A DNA stretch of 64,000 nucleotides, from assembly GCA_937911345.1 (NCBI GenBank), contig CALDPP010000012.1, forward strand, positions 361 through 64,360, written 5' to 3'. This document shows, in pieces, positions 29,866 to 41,200 of this stretch. The notes under the pieces were generated by a model, which saw only the letters and a program-made list of their open reading frames with translations, was not told the DNA's origin and made no database searches. The DNA is from an uncultured euryarchaeote (GTDB lineage Archaea; Thermoplasmatota; Poseidoniia; Poseidoniales; Poseidoniaceae). A program made the translations under genes and the position numbers. The stretch's first letter is position 1. Every line of letters starts with the position of its first letter.

Positions 29866-31458
29866 TTATTTTACTGATGGTCCAATCATCTGTTCTGGCC
29901 TAACCCACTCATCGAATTCTTCGTTTGTCAGATAGTCCAGTTCCAAGGCCGACTCTCTAAGAGTCAAACCGTTCTCATGCGCATTCTTGGCAATCTTGGC
30001 TGCCTTATCGTATCCAATATGATTGTTCAGAGCAGTTACCAACATCAACGAATTTTCAAGATGTTGATTAATGCTTTCTGCTACTGGCTCTAATCCTTCC
30101 ACACAATTTTCTCTCATTGAACGACACGAATCTGTTAGTAATCTTATTGAATGTAAAAGATTGTGAATCATCATTGGTTTATACACATTCAACTCAAAGT
30201 TACCTTGAGATCCTCCAACTGTTATCGCAGTATGGTTGCCCATAACCTGGCAGCATACCATTGTCATAGCCTCTGCTTGAGTAGGATTTACCTTGCCTGG
30301 CATGATTGATGAACCCGGCTCGTTTGCTGGTAAGGCCAATTCACCAAGACCACACCTAGGCCCTGAACCCAGCCAACGAATATCGTTGGCTATTTTCATC
30401 AAACTTACTGCTAAAGTGTTCAATGCTCCGCTGGCGGCGACAACGGCATCATGGGCTGCTAACTGTGCGAATTTATTTTCGGCACTGACGAAACTCAATC
30501 CAGTAATGTTTGAAATTTCATCTGCGACCATTTGAGCAAATAATGGATGAGTGTTAAGTCCGGTTCCAACTGCTGTTCCGCCCAGTGCCAATTCAAATAA
30601 GTCATCAAGCGCAAAATCCAGCCTTCGTAAGTCTGCATCTAATTGTGAAACCCATCCAGAGACTTCCTGTCCGAGGGTTAACGGCACTGCATCCATCAAG
30701 TGCGTGCGCCCAATTTTTACAATCCCTCCCCATTGTTTGGCTTTGTCATCTAGGGCATTTCGTAGCGCCCTGACGCTTGGTAGTAAATCATGGACAAATG
30801 CTTCGGCTGATGCTATATGCATTGCAGTCGGAAAAGTATCGTTTGATGACTGGGCTCGATTGACATGATCGTTTGGGTGGACTGGTTTTTTCGAACCTAG
30901 CTCGCCGCCGGCAATTTCAATTGCTCGGTTGGCGATAACTTCGTTGGTATTCATGTTAGATTGTGTGCCACTGCCTGTTTGCCAAATTCTTAGTGGAAAA
31001 TGGTCATCCAGTTCGCCGTCTATTACTTCTTGTGCGGCTTGGATTATTAGTTCACCAACATCGCCATCTAATTGCTTCAATGCTACATTCGTTTTTGCCG
31101 CTGCCTGCTTTAAGATTCCAAAAGAGCGTACTACGCCTCTTGGCATTGTATCAATACCTATGTCAAAATTAATCAATGAGCGAGCGGTTTGACAGCCATA
31201 GTACCTATCGCTTGGTACTTCTAAATCACCCATTGTATCGCTTTCAATACGAATTCCTGCGGACTTTTTAACAGAAGGTTTTGCCGCTTTTTTTTGTGTT
31301 GTATTTCGCTTGGGGTTCAGTGCATTATCAATCATTTTTGCGATAGTTGCACTGCGTCCGTCCTTTCCTTTGCCAACGCTGCGATCAAGTCTTACGGCCA
31401 AATCTTCAGGTATGCTTATGCTTATAATTCGTCTATCACCGACTCTGTGTTTCGACAT
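29866..31458 (-). CDS. fumC: Class II fumarate hydratase with an N-terminal ribbon-helix-helix-like extension
   Basis: [56 protein letters not shown], preceded by about 68 extra residues. Confidence 0.93.
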   Translation of the reverse strand: MSKHRVGDRRIISISIPEDLAVRLDRSVGKGKDGRSATIAKMIDNALNPKRNTTQKKAAKPSVKKSAGIRIESDTMGDLEVPSDRYYGCQTARSLINFDIGIDTMPRGVVRSFGILKQAAAKTNVALKQLDGDVGELIIQAAQEVIDGELDDHFPLRIWQTGSGTQSNMNTNEVIANRAIEIAGGELGSKKPVHPNDHVNRAQSSNDTFPTAMHIASAEAFVHDLLPSVRALRNALDDKAKQWGGIVKIGRTHLMDAVPLTLGQEVSGWVSQLDADLRRLDFALDDLFELALGGTAVGTGLNTHPLFAQMVADEISNITGLSFVSAENKFAQLAAHDAVVAASGALNTLAVSLMKIANDIRWLGSGPRCGLGELALPANEPGSSIMPGKVNPTQAEAMTMVCCQVMGNHTAITVGGSQGNFELNVYKPMMIHNLLHSIRLLTDSCRSMRENCVEGLEPVAESINQHLENSLMLVTALNNHIGYDKAAKIAKNAHENGLTLRESALELDYLTNEEFDEWVRPEQMIGPSVK

Positions 31459-31495
31459 AGTTTGCGCTTATTAATTAATTATTAAATAATATCTA

Positions 31496-32467
31496 CTATT
31501 CGAGTTCTGGACCAATTCCGACCTTTAATTCACCATTTCGCCAATATCCCCGATACATTAGTCGCGTCTGAAAAGGCATAGCGAACTCCCCTGATGTAGT
31601 TACAGCAATTAGACCACCTCTACCACCTAGTGGCGCTACTTCGTCAAGAATCTTATCAGTTGATTCAAATAAGTTAGTTGTTGAGTGATAATTTGTTGCA
31701 AGTTTATGGGCGGCACAAGTACGAATGTAGGCTTCACCAACGCCTGTACAAGAAACTGCGATTGTACCATCTGCCCAGGTTCCTGCGCCGATTATTGGGG
31801 TGTCTCCAACTCTACCAACTGGTTTTCCAGTCATGCCTCCGGTCGAGGTTGCTGCTGCAAGATTACCGTTCACATCAAGCGCTACTGCGCCAACAGTGCC
31901 CATTCCTTCATCGGAAAACTCCGTTGTAACTCTTCCCTCCAAATCATGGTCAAGTACAGAATCATCTTCATCGGTTGCCCCTGGACTTGCTTTATTCTGC
32001 CTCCATTGCTCCCATTGGCCTTGTCGTAATTCTGTTTTTAACCAGTCTTGGCTGACCTCTTCTACCCCACCATTTACTCCAAAATCATCTGCAGCATCGC
32101 TATTGAGGATTACTGGCCAGCCTTGGTGTAAAATCAAATTAGCTGCTCTAATTGGGTGTCTGAGCTTTGTCACATTGATCACGGAACCTGCAGCCCTATC
32201 GGCCCCACGCATAATTGATGCATCCATGGTTATTGAGCCATCTTCGCCAATTACCGAACCTTGTCCCGCATTGAACAAAGGTTCATCCTCTAGCATTTCT
32301 ACTGCTAGTGTTACCGCCTCGAGACAATCAATTTCCCCGCTTGCTAATTTAGTTCCAACCACACCTAGAACTTGTTTCATGCAATCAATTCTACCAGGGT
32401 CAAGTGGAGTTTTACCCAGCCATGGCCCATCACCGCCAGCGCCGCCATGGATGACTAAGATTGCCAT
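31496..32467 (-). CDS. iaaA: Isoaspartyl peptidase/L-asparaginase (Ntn hydrolase)
   Basis: IHGGAG, LEDEPLFNAG, GTVGAVA (Thr nucleophile), TSTGG, GRVGDTP. Confidence 0.92.
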   Translation of the reverse strand: MAILVIHGGAGGDGPWLGKTPLDPGRIDCMKQVLGVVGTKLASGEIDCLEAVTLAVEMLEDEPLFNAGQGSVIGEDGSITMDASIMRGADRAAGSVINVTKLRHPIRAANLILHQGWPVILNSDAADDFGVNGGVEEVSQDWLKTELRQGQWEQWRQNKASPGATDEDDSVLDHDLEGRVTTEFSDEGMGTVGAVALDVNGNLAAATSTGGMTGKPVGRVGDTPIIGAGTWADGTIAVSCTGVGEAYIRTCAAHKLATNYHSTTNLFESTDKILDEVAPLGGRGGLIAVTTSGEFAMPFQTRLMYRGYWRNGELKVGIGPELE

Positions 32468-32470
32468 GTA

Positions 32471-32953
32471 TCACTGTACAACTGTGCAACTGATTATTTG
32501 TTGTGGTTCTGCTGGTCTGTCCCCGGGAAGTTTTCTACATCTTTCAATTGAAGATACAACGTCCATTCCTTCAACAACCTCGCCAAACACTGCATGATTA
32601 CCGTTCAGCCATGGCGTTGCAACCGTGGTAAGGAAAAATTGCGAGCCACCGGTGTTTCTTCCAGCATTCGCCATAGATAGAATTCCGGGGCGATCGTGTT
32701 TCAACGCCAATGCTGATGCTTCACAAGGAATTTGCCAGCCTGGCCCTCCAGTTCCTGCTCTGCGAGACATTGGGTCTTTTGAATGTGGGCAGCCGCCTTG
32801 AATCATGAAGTCTTGAATCACTCTGTGAAAGTGGAGGCCATTATAATGGCCCATTTCTACTAATTTCACAAAGTTACCAACTGTATCTGGCGCTTCATCT
32901 GCGTATAACTTGATTAGGATGTCTCCTGCACTTGTCTTCATCATTACCTGCAT
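32471..32953 (-). CDS. Cyclophilin-type peptidyl-prolyl cis-trans isomerase
   Basis: FHRVIQDFMIQGG, LSMANAG.NTGGSQFF, WLNGNHAVFG. Confidence 0.95.
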   Translation of the reverse strand: MQVMMKTSAGDILIKLYADEAPDTVGNFVKLVEMGHYNGLHFHRVIQDFMIQGGCPHSKDPMSRRAGTGGPGWQIPCEASALALKHDRPGILSMANAGRNTGGSQFFLTTVATPWLNGNHAVFGEVVEGMDVVSSIERCRKLPGDRPAEPQQIISCTVVQ

Positions 32954-32995
32954 GACTATGCCACAAATCGGCAGGTCATGAGTATTGCCGTTCGA

Positions 32996-35900
32996 TTATT
33001 GTTTTAGCCAAGGCCTGAAGTGTTGATCTGCGTATGCACGTGCGTAGTCTGCAGGATAACCTGCAGCAATCAACTGCTGTTCGTAAGCGAGTTGTTCAGG
33101 TGTAATTGATGCATCTACTGCTCCTATTCCTGCAACAGCAGCGTAACCAGCATCAGCGTATGCCTTTTCTTGCATTGCAAAGGTGTCGTTCTTTGAGCTT
33201 CGACCTCTAACAAATACTAATGTTAACAGCAACAGAATTACAACTCCGCCAATCAAACCGATTACGGTGTAAGACATACCAAACAAACCTGCTTCGGATT
33301 CTGTATCATCTGATGCATCGGTTGTGCCGTCGCCAGAGCCTGTGTTATCGCCATTATCGGTTGGGTCAGTTGGGTCAACCGGGTCTGTTGGGTCGACTGG
33401 ATCGGTTGGGTCAGTTGTGTTGGTGTTGTTGTCCACTGGTTCCTCAACTAATTCACAGCCATCTGCACCAACAATTGTTCCCAATGGTGTATCAGGACAC
33501 TGGTCGTTCTCATTCAAGACGCCATCAAAGTCTAGATCCAAAATTGGGCAGCCAACTCCGTTGTCGCCGCTGAAAACACCAGCAACATCTGGACATTGGT
33601 CGCCGTTAGTTCCTATTGGATTGTCACCAAATCCGTCGCCGTCTGAATCATACCACTGAGTTGGGTCATTTGGTAAGATATCATTATCATTCGATACCCC
33701 ATCATTATCCAAATCGGGACAGCCGTATCGGTCTACTGTTGAGGTGCCCGGGTTATTTGGACAGTCGTCAATAATTCCATCACCTGAATCGGTGGAATTG
33801 AAACCGTCTCTATCGACATCGTTAGCCCATAACTCCTCCTCGTTTTGGATGAAGAATGGTTCTGAGAAGTGGATATTGTTAGATTCGTCCGTTTCAGGCA
33901 CGTCATTGTTGGCATCAATTATCAATTTGCATCGATAATCTCCGGATGGAGTATCGGTTGGAATTGTAAAGAATGCATAACTGTCATCAACATTAGATTG
34001 ATTGTAAGACATCGCATTAGAAACTCCGGGGTTTTCAGAGGCTGCTTCTGAAGAGTAAATTGTGTTGATGGTTTCATTATCCGAGTTGATTAACTCAATC
34101 ATTACAATCATTGTTGCTCCGTATCCAGGCCCCCTAACGTTGTTTATAATCCACTGAGTAGTAATCTCTTCATCGGTAAATGTCTCAGTCGTCGGGCAAG
34201 TTAGTGATTCTGGTGCCAGGTCTGGCAATGCAGGTTCGTTGATAATTATGTCAACATCGTAATTTCCTTGTCCGCCATTTGAATCAATAGTTAGTGTGAA
34301 AGTGTTGGTTTGTCCTTCATACATTTCGTCATCGAGTGATTCGAACAGTAATCCATAACTCATATTGTCAACACTAGCAACTAAATCACCGGCGGTGTTT
34401 GTCAATGTTGCAGTGAACGGTAAATCAGTTGAAGCATTGAAATCAATTTCTACGTTCTTATACTCATCGAGTGTAAAGCTGTAGACGTCCTCAGTGTCAG
34501 AATTGCTCAAACAACCAGTTCCACTAATTGGATTATTAGTGCCTAGAGGAATGCCGGATTCACTGGCATCTTGACCTAGACCGAGGTCGTTTTGAGTGCC
34601 GCAACTAAATGGTGGAACGTAGGTTGATTGGTCTGGTTCTCCGATTAGCAGTCGATAGGTCCCTCCTGGATTTCCTCCGCCAAGGAAGCCGCCCCAGTAT
34701 GTTACATTGATGTAATAATCTCCTGCGGTATTCTCATAATCTGTACCTTCTAATGTTACGAACTCGTCAAATGTAGAAGATAGGCTGGTGTCAATCGCAG
34801 TACCGTTTGGTAGCAATAACTGTAGGTCGAAATCTACACCATCAAACGGTGCAACTACCAAGGTAACTTCTAGTGGCTGATTTGGGGAGATGCTGACTTT
34901 GTACAGATCTGCTTCATCATTGGAGTCAACACAACCTCTAATTTCAGCCTCAACGTCTAGTCCTAAATCGGTTGATGTGGCAACATCTTCTCCAATATCG
35001 GCTCCTGTAGAGGCGTCGTCTTGTGGAGTTGCGCACGCATTTACACCATTACCCACAGTCATGGTATCATCTGCAATTATCTCATTATCTGTTTCGCTCT
35101 TTTCTGCAATCATTTCATCACTATCTAAAACGATGAAAACATTGTATTCTCCTTCGACAATATTGGTTGGTATTGCGCCATTAATGGTAAGAGTTTGGGT
35201 GGCATTGATCGCCAATCCATTAGCCCAAGTGGCGTTGCCAAGATTGTGGTCGACCCATGTATTTCCGATGTCGACACTTAAGATTACTTCTGCCATGAAG
35301 GCGTCCGAAAGGTCAAGTGTTCCATCGTTGATTACAGTAACATCGAATGGAACTATGTCCCCAGGATTTGCCGCTTGATTGAATGTTACATTATCGACTG
35401 CAAGATTAGGGATTGGTACGCTATAATTCGTCCAGACATCCATACTGTAATTTCCGCTACCTGCATAGTGTGAAACATTGACATAATAGGTTCCAGCTTG
35501 GTTTTCGAAGGATGAATCTTGAGAGGTTACAAACTCATCTGCGTCATTAAATGCCCCAGATGAGTCGATAACGCTGCCATTTGTTTGATGTAAACGTAGG
35601 TCAAAATCAACACCTGAGTCCATTGATAATGCAACAGTAATTGTGTGATTTACTGGTACATCAAAGGCAAAAGTATCACCGCCGTCGTTTGAATCCAAGC
35701 AACCGGTGTATGATGCGGTTACGTTGTTACCCATATTAGTCGGAGAATCAGTCCAGTTTTGTGGCGCATCTTGGCCGGTATTTGCGTCGTTTTGTGGACT
35801 ATACCAATCAATACATGACTCTGTATAATTAGTCCAGATGTCAAGATCGTAGTCTCCGATTGAGCTCCCACCACCTTGATTGTATGGGAAAACTACAACC

Positions 35901-36412
35901 CAATACGTACCAGGCGTAGATTCAATTTGCGAACCTACGCTGCTTACAGATTCAACTGGATCGCCATAGTATGATGTATCTGCTGCAAAGTAAGAACCAT
36001 TGTCTTCGTATGCAAGTGCCAAGTCGTAGTCATTTTGATAGTTTGACATAGTTACCTCTATGTTGTAATCTTGGTCCATGGTAAATTCATACCAATCTTC
36101 GACATCTGCTGTGTCAGCACACCCAGTGAACGATGTTGTTGGATTTGCACCTAGATCTTTTGCAGTACTAGTTGTTGCATTGCCTGCGTCTCCGGGAGAA
36201 CCGCCATCATTTTGAATCGCCGGGCATGGTTGCCCTACTGCATTTCTAATGTCTTTTCTCAAATCATCCAGTAATATTGGTTCTCCAAATGGATTTGTCT
36301 TGGTTTCATTATCTGCATTAGCCGATGAATCATAGATGCTCATCAACGGAGATAAAGCAGTAATTATGAACATAATTCCAACTAAAAATCGTACACTGCG
36401 CATGTCGCTCAC
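32996..36412 (-). CDS. Acidic membrane-anchored surface protein: 4 PPC-like modules, 2 CARDB domains, TSP3 repeats, TM helix, cytoplasmic tail
   Basis: Signal peptide. Four QND..G.DA...GC.D...D.Y repeats. PNLAV...E..E.DN CARDB motifs. DxDxDG repeats, DPT linker, C-terminal TM. Confidence 0.7.
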   Translation of the reverse strand: MSDMRSVRFLVGIMFIITALSPLMSIYDSSANADNETKTNPFGEPILLDDLRKDIRNAVGQPCPAIQNDGGSPGDAGNATTSTAKDLGANPTTSFTGCADTADVEDWYEFTMDQDYNIEVTMSNYQNDYDLALAYEDNGSYFAADTSYYGDPVESVSSVGSQIESTPGTYWVVVFPYNQGGGSSIGDYDLDIWTNYTESCIDWYSPQNDANTGQDAPQNWTDSPTNMGNNVTASYTGCLDSNDGGDTFAFDVPVNHTITVALSMDSGVDFDLRLHQTNGSVIDSSGAFNDADEFVTSQDSSFENQAGTYYVNVSHYAGSGNYSMDVWTNYSVPIPNLAVDNVTFNQAANPGDIVPFDVTVINDGTLDLSDAFMAEVILSVDIGNTWVDHNLGNATWANGLAINATQTLTINGAIPTNIVEGEYNVFIVLDSDEMIAEKSETDNEIIADDTMTVGNGVNACATPQDDASTGADIGEDVATSTDLGLDVEAEIRGCVDSNDEADLYKVSISPNQPLEVTLVVAPFDGVDFDLQLLLPNGTAIDTSLSSTFDEFVTLEGTDYENTAGDYYINVTYWGGFLGGGNPGGTYRLLIGEPDQSTYVPPFSCGTQNDLGLGQDASESGIPLGTNNPISGTGCLSNSDTEDVYSFTLDEYKNVEIDFNASTDLPFTATLTNTAGDLVASVDNMSYGLLFESLDDEMYEGQTNTFTLTIDSNGGQGNYDVDIIINEPALPDLAPESLTCPTTETFTDEEITTQWIINNVRGPGYGATMIVMIELINSDNETINTIYSSEAASENPGVSNAMSYNQSNVDDSYAFFTIPTDTPSGDYRCKLIIDANNDVPETDESNNIHFSEPFFIQNEEELWANDVDRDGFNSTDSGDGIIDDCPNNPGTSTVDRYGCPDLDNDGVSNDNDILPNDPTQWYDSDGDGFGDNPIGTNGDQCPDVAGVFSGDNGVGCPILDLDFDGVLNENDQCPDTPLGTIVGADGCELVEEPVDNNTNTTDPTDPVDPTDPVDPTDPTDNGDNTGSGDGTTDASDDTESEAGLFGMSYTVIGLIGGVVILLLLTLVFVRGRSSKNDTFAMQEKAYADAGYAAVAGIGAVDASITPEQLAYEQQLIAAGYPADYARAYADQHFRPWLKQ
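33361..33415 (-). repeat. 9-bp-period coding repeat (TDPTDPVDPTDPVDPTDPTD linker)
   Basis: Imperfect tandem ttgggtc-type units on the + strand, encoding a low-complexity stalk. Confidence 0.7.
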
Positions 36413-36457
36413 AGTGTAGTGTGCGCGCCGCTAAGTTATGAAACTACGGGCATACGG

Positions 36458-38059
36458 TTAATTTACCAGTGTTTTGGGTGATGAAGCGTTAACTGCATCG
36501 GAAACGCCTGCCTGATATCTCTTGAAGTTTTCAACAAACATCTCAGCCAAGTTATCTGCAGTTTTGTTGTAAGACTCGTTATCACTCCAAGTTTGCATAG
36601 GTTGCAAAACTTCACTTGGAACATTTGGACAAGAATTTGGCACTGCAAAACCAAACCTTTCGTCGACGGTGTAATCTACATCATCTAAATCACCATCTAA
36701 AGCAGCGTTTAGCATGGCTCTGGTATACTTGATTTTCATCCTATTGCCTACACCGTAAGGGCCACCCGACCAACCTGTGTTGATGAGCCATGCTGTTGCA
36801 TTATGTTCCTCCATCTTACTGGATAGTAAATCGGCGTATACTCCTGGGTGCATCGGCATAAATGGTTCGCCAAAACAGGCAGAAAAGGTCGCCTGGGGTT
36901 CTTTGACTCCGACTTCAGTGCCCGCAACTTTTGCAGTATATCCAGAAATGAAATGGTAAGCCGCTTGTTCGGGGGTTAGGCGAGAAATTGGTGGCAATAC
37001 GCCGAATGCATCACAAGTTAGGAATATGACATTTTGCGGATGTCCACCGGTTGAATCTTGGGTTCTATTGTCGATGAATTCAATTGGGTAAGAGCCCCTG
37101 GTGTTCTGGGTTTTTGATGTATCGTGGAAGTCTGGTACGCCATTTTCGTCCATAACTATGTTTTCTAAAATAGATCCGAACTTTCGAGTCGTACCAAAAA
37201 TTGCTGGCTCGTCTTCTTCTGATAAATCAATCAATTTAGCATAACAACCGCCCTCAAAATTGAACACTCCATTCGCACCCCAGCCATGTTCGTCATCGCC
37301 GATTAGTGCTCTCTTTGGATCAGCAGAAAGAGTGGTTTTGCCTGTCCCAGATAGACCGAAAAATATCGCAGTGTTGTCACCATTAGTGTTAGCAGAACAA
37401 TGCATTGGAAGTATGCCTTTCTTCGGGAGAATTAGATTCATTACTGAAAATATTGATTTCTTTATCTCACCGGCATATCTAGTTCCACCAATCAAAACCT
37501 CACGGGCTTGATAATTTACGATAACGAAGCATTGAGAGTTCAAACCGTCTTCTGGGCTTGCTTCAAAATGTGGCGCATGAAACACAGTAAAGTCTGGAGA
37601 GTGGTTCGCCATTTGCTCATTTGAAGGTCTGATGAACATATTTCTTGCAAAGGCGTTGTGCCATGCGTTTTGATTGATTACTCTGATGGGTAATGCTTCA
37701 GACATATCTGCGCCACAGTATAGATCCTGGACAAAAAGGTCATCTTGGCTGGACAAATAATCCACTACTTTTGACCTCATTTTGGTAAATGTCGCCATGT
37801 CTGTAGATACGTTAACTTCGCCCCAATTAACATCAGAGCTTGTCGTCGGTTCGTCAACAATAAATTTGTCATTTGGTGACCGACCTGTTCTTTCCCCGGT
37901 TTCTGTGACTAAAGCCTTGTGAGCACTGTAGACTCCTTCGCCGCGTGATACCGCCATTTCGACTAGTTGCTCCACAGGTAAATTCCAGTGGATGGTTCCT
38001 GAACACTTCAATCCGTGTACAGATAGGTCGCCGGAATGCGAACCCAATACTTCGGCCAT
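36458..38059 (-). CDS. pckA: Phosphoenolpyruvate carboxykinase (ATP)
   Basis: TGRSPNDKF, YAGEIKK, MHCSAN, FFGLSGTGKTTLS, IGDDEHGW, FEGGCYAK. Confidence 0.97.
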   Translation of the reverse strand: MAEVLGSHSGDLSVHGLKCSGTIHWNLPVEQLVEMAVSRGEGVYSAHKALVTETGERTGRSPNDKFIVDEPTTSSDVNWGEVNVSTDMATFTKMRSKVVDYLSSQDDLFVQDLYCGADMSEALPIRVINQNAWHNAFARNMFIRPSNEQMANHSPDFTVFHAPHFEASPEDGLNSQCFVIVNYQAREVLIGGTRYAGEIKKSIFSVMNLILPKKGILPMHCSANTNGDNTAIFFGLSGTGKTTLSADPKRALIGDDEHGWGANGVFNFEGGCYAKLIDLSEEDEPAIFGTTRKFGSILENIVMDENGVPDFHDTSKTQNTRGSYPIEFIDNRTQDSTGGHPQNVIFLTCDAFGVLPPISRLTPEQAAYHFISGYTAKVAGTEVGVKEPQATFSACFGEPFMPMHPGVYADLLSSKMEEHNATAWLINTGWSGGPYGVGNRMKIKYTRAMLNAALDGDLDDVDYTVDERFGFAVPNSCPNVPSEVLQPMQTWSDNESYNKTADNLAEMFVENFKRYQAGVSDAVNASSPKTLVN

Positions 38060-38211
38060 GCTGAATCGTGTCGGAGGATGTCTTTGTCTTTTTCGTTTTG
38101 TGGCATGATGATTAAGGGTATATTTGCGGCGAATAATTTTACTCGAAAATGGGCTACATGCTGATTTATTTGAGGCGAGGCTTGAATAAATATAATCTAA
38201 CGACAGGGCAT

Positions 38212-41200
38212 ATGTCTGATGACGCTGGTGAGGAAAAAGAATCCCCCAGTAAAGACGGTTCTAGAGATGAAATAATCAGGAAACGGTCCTTTTCTCGGGC
38301 TCGTGGAATCGATATATCGTCATTCATGGTTGATGATGAGAGCAAAACCGAAACCACGGATATCGTCGAAAAGGCAGAAGTTGAACAAGATATAGCAATG
38401 GGGGAAATTGCTGAAATCTTCTCAAAAGGGGGCGAGGATTTTGACCGCCCTGGGGCAATCCAAAAAGATGGTACTGTAAAGACGGCCCCTGAAAACGATA
38501 GTGTTACTGATCTAGCTGTTCATGGCGAAAAACGATTAGGTTTTGGTCTGTTGATTGCAATGATATTCTCATGGTCCTTAATCGGGACTATTGTTGGTAC
38601 AGTATTAGATCCAATTCTCGGAGCGATTGGTCTCACTGTAATGGCCGTAGTTGGACTTTACCTAGGTGAAAAATGGATACCAAACCCAAATATGAGAATA
38701 CTAGGGGTAACTTGGGTAATCATTTCAATGAAATTGATCTATGGATTGGTACTAGATTTGTGGCATTGGGGGTGGTTAGATGACTTTTCTTTTGCCAATG
38801 AAAATGACATCTTAGGTGCGCTGCTACTATTAGGCGTAGTATTGAACATTGGAATTGCTCAGCGGCATGATGAAGATGCTATTGCCGCCCAAGCGACATT
38901 GATTTTGTTGGTTGTTGGAAGTGCTGCAGGCGCAATTTATGGTGAATTTGGTGTTGCCATAATGATTGGGATTGGGACTATTTTGTTACATGGTCTTGCG
39001 ATTGTGAGAAATTCAGGAAATCTGGCAAGCATGGGCATAGCTGTGTCATATCTTTGGGTAGGTGTTCATGCAATATCGAATAATTGGGAGTTTTTCGGAC
39101 TGGAAATATTGCCTTTCGAGGATGAATTGTTGTTATTCTTGCTAATGGTTTGTGTTACTGCAACAAATTCGACAATGGCTGCCATGTTTGTCAACAAAGA
39201 TAACTGGTTCTCTGATGCATTCAAATCTCTTGGACTTGGAAAACCTGGTCTGTGGTCGGTTTCTGTAGGATTAGGTATGATTGGCGCATTGTTGGCAGTA
39301 GCTGCTAATCGACTTGAAACTGGATATGCTCTGGCACAGTTGGTACTTCTCCTAACTGCATTCAGCGCCTCTTATCTTATTGTTAGAGGAGTTGAATGGC
39401 CTAGGTTATTACCATTAATTGTGCTTCCAGCACCGATTCTATTGTTTGCACTAGCAATATTAGAAAGCGGAATTATCGAGTTGAGTTTGCCATATGGGCT
39501 TAGGCCATACAGCATCTATGCAGCAATTACCGCCGCTTTGACTGCTGGTGCTTTGCTAAGAAATCAAACTGCGGTCTCAGACCATGTATTGTGGGCTGGT
39601 GGATTACTGATTGTAGTTTTACTGACTTTACTCATCCCGGCTAATGATGCGGGGAGTGGTGCAAGAACATTGTTGGTTAGTCAAGGATTAGTATGGGTCG
39701 GTTTAGCTCAATTATCTATGTACAGAGACTCTCCTTCAATCGCTGGAACCGCAGTTGTAGGTCCATGGTTATGGCTTCTATTCTTTGCTACTGATGCCGA
39801 AAGCCGTCTTGTTTCCGCAGATTATGTGCCAATTCTAATCGAGCAGTATGATCTTGCAATATGGATGATAGTGCTATTGTCACAGCAGATTTGGGTCAAT
39901 ATGAAGCATGGCGATACTGGATTCAATCTAGCCTCTAAACTGAGCGGTATGTCTGAATTGGGTGCTAGATTAAGAGACTCTGAGGTTCTCCAATTGTGGA
40001 ATTTGAGTTTCCTACTAGCACTATTTGTTACATGGGCGATAACTAGGCCTGGTGCACTACCAGCCATTGGTTTGTTTGGAGTATTGGTGTTATTGATGAT
40101 TAGTCACGCTATAATGGTCTTATTTGACAAGCACAAAGGGAGGCCGCGGTCATTGATGACAATCTGGGGAGTTTCGGTTATTGCACTATCTTGGACATAC
40201 GGGCAGCAAGGGATTTGGGCAATCACCCTAGTTATTACCAGTGCAATACTCCTAATCTCATCGGACAGAATGAAACGTTCAGGTGTTTCTGATGAATTAT
40301 TACAGAAGGCAGAAGCTTTGCCAGGGCAATTGCTCACTTTGATGATGGGATTACTATCCGGATTATTCATCATAATAGCCCTTGAACCACTCAATTTGAT
40401 GGAGTTGGATGGTAGCTCCTTACTCCCGGATGAAAGTTTTAATCTTTACACGCTGACTGGAATTACTTTAGTCGGGCTGGTTCTCTATTTAAGGAGAGCT
40501 GCGACTGTTGAAAAATTATTACCACCAGCAATTTCTGCAGTAGGCTTACTGGCTGTGATGGCGATTACTGCACAAGTTAAAGACTCTGCAATAGTACTCT
40601 TAGCGACCGTCTTGGCGTTCATTGGATCTGGAGCATATCTAGCGGTACAGGGAGAATTTAGAAGTGAAATGCGCTCAATCGCTAAGAAAGAAGAGCGTTT
40701 GTTAAGAATTGAAGAAAAGCAGGCCCGTCTTCAGAGATTTGTTGAAGCCCAAGTTGAACAAAAAGGCGAATCTGCGACTAACATAGAAGGTCAAGACACT
40801 AAATCAAAATTAAAGATGATCGATGTCGAAATGTTGGATTTGGTTGAAAAACAGAGAAAAAGAGCCAAACGGGCTGGTACGTCAGGTGAATACGACCTAG
40901 AACTTGGTGACATCCATCACAGACCTGTCATCGTAATTGCCTTCTTGATTACAACTATTTTAGCATCAACATACCTGTCATTTACAAGTTCGCTCTCTTA
41001 CCTGATTCTGGCGTTTTGTGTTGTAGTTTCAATATTATTCATCGCTCTTGCTAGAATTAGAGCTAATGATATTGGCCTTAGGCTGCCTGATATTGCCGGC
41101 ATAGAATTACCAATTGCTATCTCTATGGGCGGACTTGTTTTGGTTCATTTGGCTGGTAGGATTTCGGATTCAGTTGTCGGATTGGATGATGCAAAACACC

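Noticed and set aside
31800-32597. 265-aa plus-strand ORF and the many other overlapping ORFs in the track
   Set aside because: Antisense or alternate-frame shadows of well-supported genes, with no motifs.
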